Assembly: GCA_019247495.1 (NCBI GenBank)
Contig: JAFAOU010000003.1
Coordinates: 2,011-66,010, forward strand
Direction of reading: 5' to 3'
Source of the DNA: Acidobacteriota bacterium
GTDB taxonomy: Bacteria; Acidobacteriota; Thermoanaerobaculia; Gp7-AA8
DNA: 64,000 nucleotides
The translations under genes and the position numbers were made by a program. Positions 61,041-64,000 of the stretch are shown here, one piece after another. Within the stretch, counting starts at the first letter, position 1. Each line of letters opens with the position of its first letter. The notes beneath the pieces are model-generated. The model worked only from the letters and a program-made list of their open reading frames with translations. It was not told the DNA's origin and ran no database searches.

Positions 61041-62344
61041 GCACGGTTCTCGATGATCGATTCACGCTCGCGCCGGTTCACATCGACGGCGAGCCGGAAC
61101 GCGTCCGCCGCATCCGCGAGCAGGCCGCGGAGCGTTTCAACGTCCTCGGCTGGCCGACCACGCGTTCCGAGGACTGGAAGTACACGTCGCTGGCTTCGCT
61201 CACAAGCATCGACTGGAAGATCGATCAGCGGCAGCCCGAGGGAAACGATCCCGCCTCACCGTTCGGCGATCAGCCGGTCGCAGAGTTGATGTTCGTCAAC
61301 GGCACGCTGCACGCGAACCGTTCGGCGCTGGCGAATGAGCACCCCGGAATCCGCGTGATGCCGATCGGCGAAGCGATGGAAACGGAGTCGTTCACGCAGC
61401 ATTTCTCGCGCTATGCCGACTACGAAAAACACGCGATGACGGCGCTGAACACCGCAATGTGGCAGGACGGCGCGTACATCGAGATCGCGCCGGGAACCGT
61501 CGTGGAGGGATTCATTCACCTCCTCTACGTCGGGGGCGGCAACGCCGAACATCCGATCGCGTCGCATCACCGCAACCTGATCGTTGCCGGCCGCGGAAGC
61601 CAGATCACCGTCGTCGAATCGTTCTTCGGCAAGGGAACGTACTTTACGAACACGGTCACTGAGATCGTGGCCGGCGACGGTGCAGTCGTCGATCACTACA
61701 AATTCGAAAACGAATCGCTCGACGCCTTTCACATCGGCACCGTGCAGATTCACCAGGAGCGGGCGTCAAACGTTACGTCGCGCACCATCGCCACCGGCGG
61801 CGGCCTCGTTCGCAACGAGATCAACGCCGCGCTCACCGGCGAGGGCGCGAGTCTTTCGATGGAAGGGCTGTTCGTCCTCTCCGGCAAGCAGCACGTCGAC
61901 AATCACACCGTCATCGATCACGTCGCGCCGCACTGCGACAGTGTGGAACTGTTCAAAGGCATCCTCGATGAGAACGCGCGCGGCATCTTCGATGGCCGCA
62001 TCATCGTCGAGCCGGATGCGGTAAAAACGAACTCGCGGCAGACAAACAAGAACCTGCTGCTGTCCGAGACCGCGGTCATCGATTCGAAGCCATCGCTCGA
62101 GATTCATAACGACGACGTGAAGTGCAATCACGGCTCGACGATCGGCCAGCTGGACGAGGAAGCGCTCTTCTACCTTCGCGCACGCGGCATCGGTGCCGAG
62201 GAAGCGCGGAACCTGCTCGTCTACGCGTTCGCGAGCGAGATCGTGGAGCGGATGAAGGTCGATGCCGTCCGCGAAAACGCAGGCCGTGCGCTGTTCAGCC
62301 GCATGCCGAAACGCCTCCCCGAGCGCAGGAGTGAATCGCGATGA
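61037..62344 (+). CDS. sufD: Fe-S cluster assembly protein SufD
   Basis: EDWKYT, KPSLEIHNDDVKCNHG, FYLRARGI. Confidence 0.95.
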   Translation: MSTVLDDRFTLAPVHIDGEPERVRRIREQAAERFNVLGWPTTRSEDWKYTSLASLTSIDWKIDQRQPEGNDPASPFGDQPVAELMFVNGTLHANRSALANEHPGIRVMPIGEAMETESFTQHFSRYADYEKHAMTALNTAMWQDGAYIEIAPGTVVEGFIHLLYVGGGNAEHPIASHHRNLIVAGRGSQITVVESFFGKGTYFTNTVTEIVAGDGAVVDHYKFENESLDAFHIGTVQIHQERASNVTSRTIATGGGLVRNEINAALTGEGASLSMEGLFVLSGKQHVDNHTVIDHVAPHCDSVELFKGILDENARGIFDGRIIVEPDAVKTNSRQTNKNLLLSETAVIDSKPSLEIHNDDVKCNHGSTIGQLDEEALFYLRARGIGAEEARNLLVYAFASEIVERMKVDAVRENAGRALFSRMPKRLPERRSESR

Positions 62345-63591
62345 CCGCCGTGCTGCAGCAGACGAATACCGGTCTTGATGTCGACCGAATCAGACGCGAC
62401 TTCCCCATCCTCACCCAGCCCGTTCGCGGCGGACGTCCGCTCGTCTATCTCGACAACGCCGCCACGACGCAGAAGCCGCGGCAGGTGATCGATCGCATCG
62501 TCCGCTACTACACCGAGGAGAATGCGAACGTCCATCGCGGCGTGCATTACCTGAGCGAGACCGCCACCGACTCGTACGAAAAATCGCGCACGACCGTGAA
62601 GCGCTTCATCAACGCGCGCGATGAAAAGGAAATCGTCTTCACGCGCGGAACGACGGAGGGCATCAACCTCGTCGCGCAAACCTGGGGACGCAGGAACGTC
62701 GGCGCCGGCGACGAAATCGTCATCACTGCCATCGAGCATCACTCGAACATCGTTCCGTGGCAGATGCTCTGCGAGGAAAAAGGCTCGCGGCTTCTCATCG
62801 CTCCGGTCAACGATTCCGGCGAAGTCATCCTCGACGAATTCGAGAAGCTGCTCTCCCCTCGCACGAAGATCGTTTCCTTCGGACACGCCTCAAACGCCCT
62901 CGGCACCATCAATCCGATCGGCAAAATGATCGGGCTCGCGCACGCGGCCGGCGCAATCACGCTGATCGACGGCGCGCAGGGCGTTCCCCACCTTCACGTC
63001 GACGTTCGCGATCTCGATTGCGACTTCTACACGTTCTCGGCGCACAAGGTCTACGGACCGACCGGCACCGGCGTGCTGTACGGCAAGGAGTCGATCCTCG
63101 ACGCCATGCCGCCATGGCAGGGCGGCGGCGACATGATCCTCTCCGTCAGTTTCGAGAAGACCACGTACAACGCGCTGCCCTACAAGTTCGAAGCGGGTAC
63201 GCCGAACATCGAAGGCGTCATCGGCCTGGCCGCCGCGCTCGACTACGTCAGCGCCATCGGCATCGACACCATCGCCGCGCACGAACAGGACCTGCTCCAC
63301 TACGCGACGAAGCGTCTCCTCGAAATCGACGGCCTGCGCATCATCGGCACGGCAGCGGAAAAAGCGAGTGTCATCTCCTTCGTGCTCGAAGGCGTCCACC
63401 CGCACGACATCGGGACCATCCTTGATGAACAAGGGATCGCCGTTCGCACCGGCCACCACTGCGCGCAGCCGCTGATGCTGCGCTTCAACGTGCCCGCCAC
63501 CGGCCGCGCTTCGTTCGCGATGTACAACACGCGCGACGAGGCCGATGAGCTCGTGGCGGGGTTACACAAAGTCATCGAGGTGTTTCGATAA
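62341..63591 (+). CDS. sufS: Cysteine desulfurase SufS
   Basis: YLDNAATTQKP, EHHSN, SAHK, RTGHHCAQP. Confidence 0.97.
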   Translation: MTAVLQQTNTGLDVDRIRRDFPILTQPVRGGRPLVYLDNAATTQKPRQVIDRIVRYYTEENANVHRGVHYLSETATDSYEKSRTTVKRFINARDEKEIVFTRGTTEGINLVAQTWGRRNVGAGDEIVITAIEHHSNIVPWQMLCEEKGSRLLIAPVNDSGEVILDEFEKLLSPRTKIVSFGHASNALGTINPIGKMIGLAHAAGAITLIDGAQGVPHLHVDVRDLDCDFYTFSAHKVYGPTGTGVLYGKESILDAMPPWQGGGDMILSVSFEKTTYNALPYKFEAGTPNIEGVIGLAAALDYVSAIGIDTIAAHEQDLLHYATKRLLEIDGLRIIGTAAEKASVISFVLEGVHPHDIGTILDEQGIAVRTGHHCAQPLMLRFNVPATGRASFAMYNTRDEADELVAGLHKVIEVFR

Positions 63592-63594
63592 AAC

Positions 63595-64000
63595 ATGTCC
63601 GACTTACGCGAGCTCTACCAGCAGGTCATCCTCGACCACAACAAAAACCCCCGCAACTTTCACGAGTTGCCGAACGCGACGAAAGCCGTCGACGGCTACA
63701 ACCCGCTCTGCGGCGATCACTACAAGATCTACGTCGAAGTCGACGGCGACACCATCAAGGACATCGGCTTCACCGGCAACGGCTGCGCGATCTCGAAAGC
63801 ATCCGCGTCCGTGATGAGCTCATCGTTGAAAGGAAAATCGACCGCCGAGGCGCATCAGCTCTTCGACGTCTTCCACAAACTCGTGACCGGCGAACCGGGC
63901 AGCCTCAGCACGGCAGAACTCGGGCGCCTGGCCGCGTTCTCCGGAGTGTCGGAGTTCCCGGCGCGCGTAAAGTGCGCGACGCTTGCATGGCACACGCTCA
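63595..64000 (+). CDS. sufU: SufU (NifU N-terminal family), partial at the right edge
   Basis: MSDLRELYQQVILDH, NPLCGD, GCAISKAS, ARVKCATLAWHT. Confidence 0.92.
   Translation, partial: MSDLRELYQQVILDHNKNPRNFHELPNATKAVDGYNPLCGDHYKIYVEVDGDTIKDIGFTGNGCAISKASASVMSSSLKGKSTAEAHQLFDVFHKLVTGEPGSLSTAELGRLAAFSGVSEFPARVKCATLAWHTL

Noticed and set aside
58382-64000. Rrf2-sufBCDSU operon as a novelty
   Set aside because: Canonical arrangement; no inteins or disruptions seen.

Overview
High-GC bacterial chromosome segment. Gene style, the basic RxRAV tails on secreted proteins and the repeat content suggest Acidobacteriota, probably Thermoanaerobaculia (inference). Housekeeping content: rlmN, thpR, aspA, a split Fe-S fumarate hydratase, clpB, an Rrf2-sufBCDSU operon, tRNA-Asn and tRNA-Cys, a cysteine synthase-like gene and two signalling clusters. 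Accessory content: an N6-adenine MTase + SNF2 helicase pair; Ig-repeat secreted proteins, including two matrixin-like proteases around a YfhO-like GT-C enzyme; and many intergenic palindromic repeat families. Best leads: (1) a divergent three-gene module of an effector-less STAND ATPase, a cytoplasmic pepsin-like (A1) aspartic protease and a tandem double avidin-like protein (39259-43797); (2) a secreted thioredoxin-TPR protein whose in-frame UGA gives WAPW-U-HTC, followed by a SECIS-like hairpin, so a probable selenoprotein that the ORF track truncates; (3) an unannotated ~130-nt structured RNA with its own promoter (38305-38438); (4) a shared basic [RK]xRAV[RGA] motif on secreted proteins; (5) pervasive leaderless-type -10 boxes just upstream of start codons; (6) a glycosylase gene whose 5' end lies inside tRNA-Cys. 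No CRISPR array, rRNA, integrase or transposase was seen. All family calls come from reading motifs by eye; no database searches were run.
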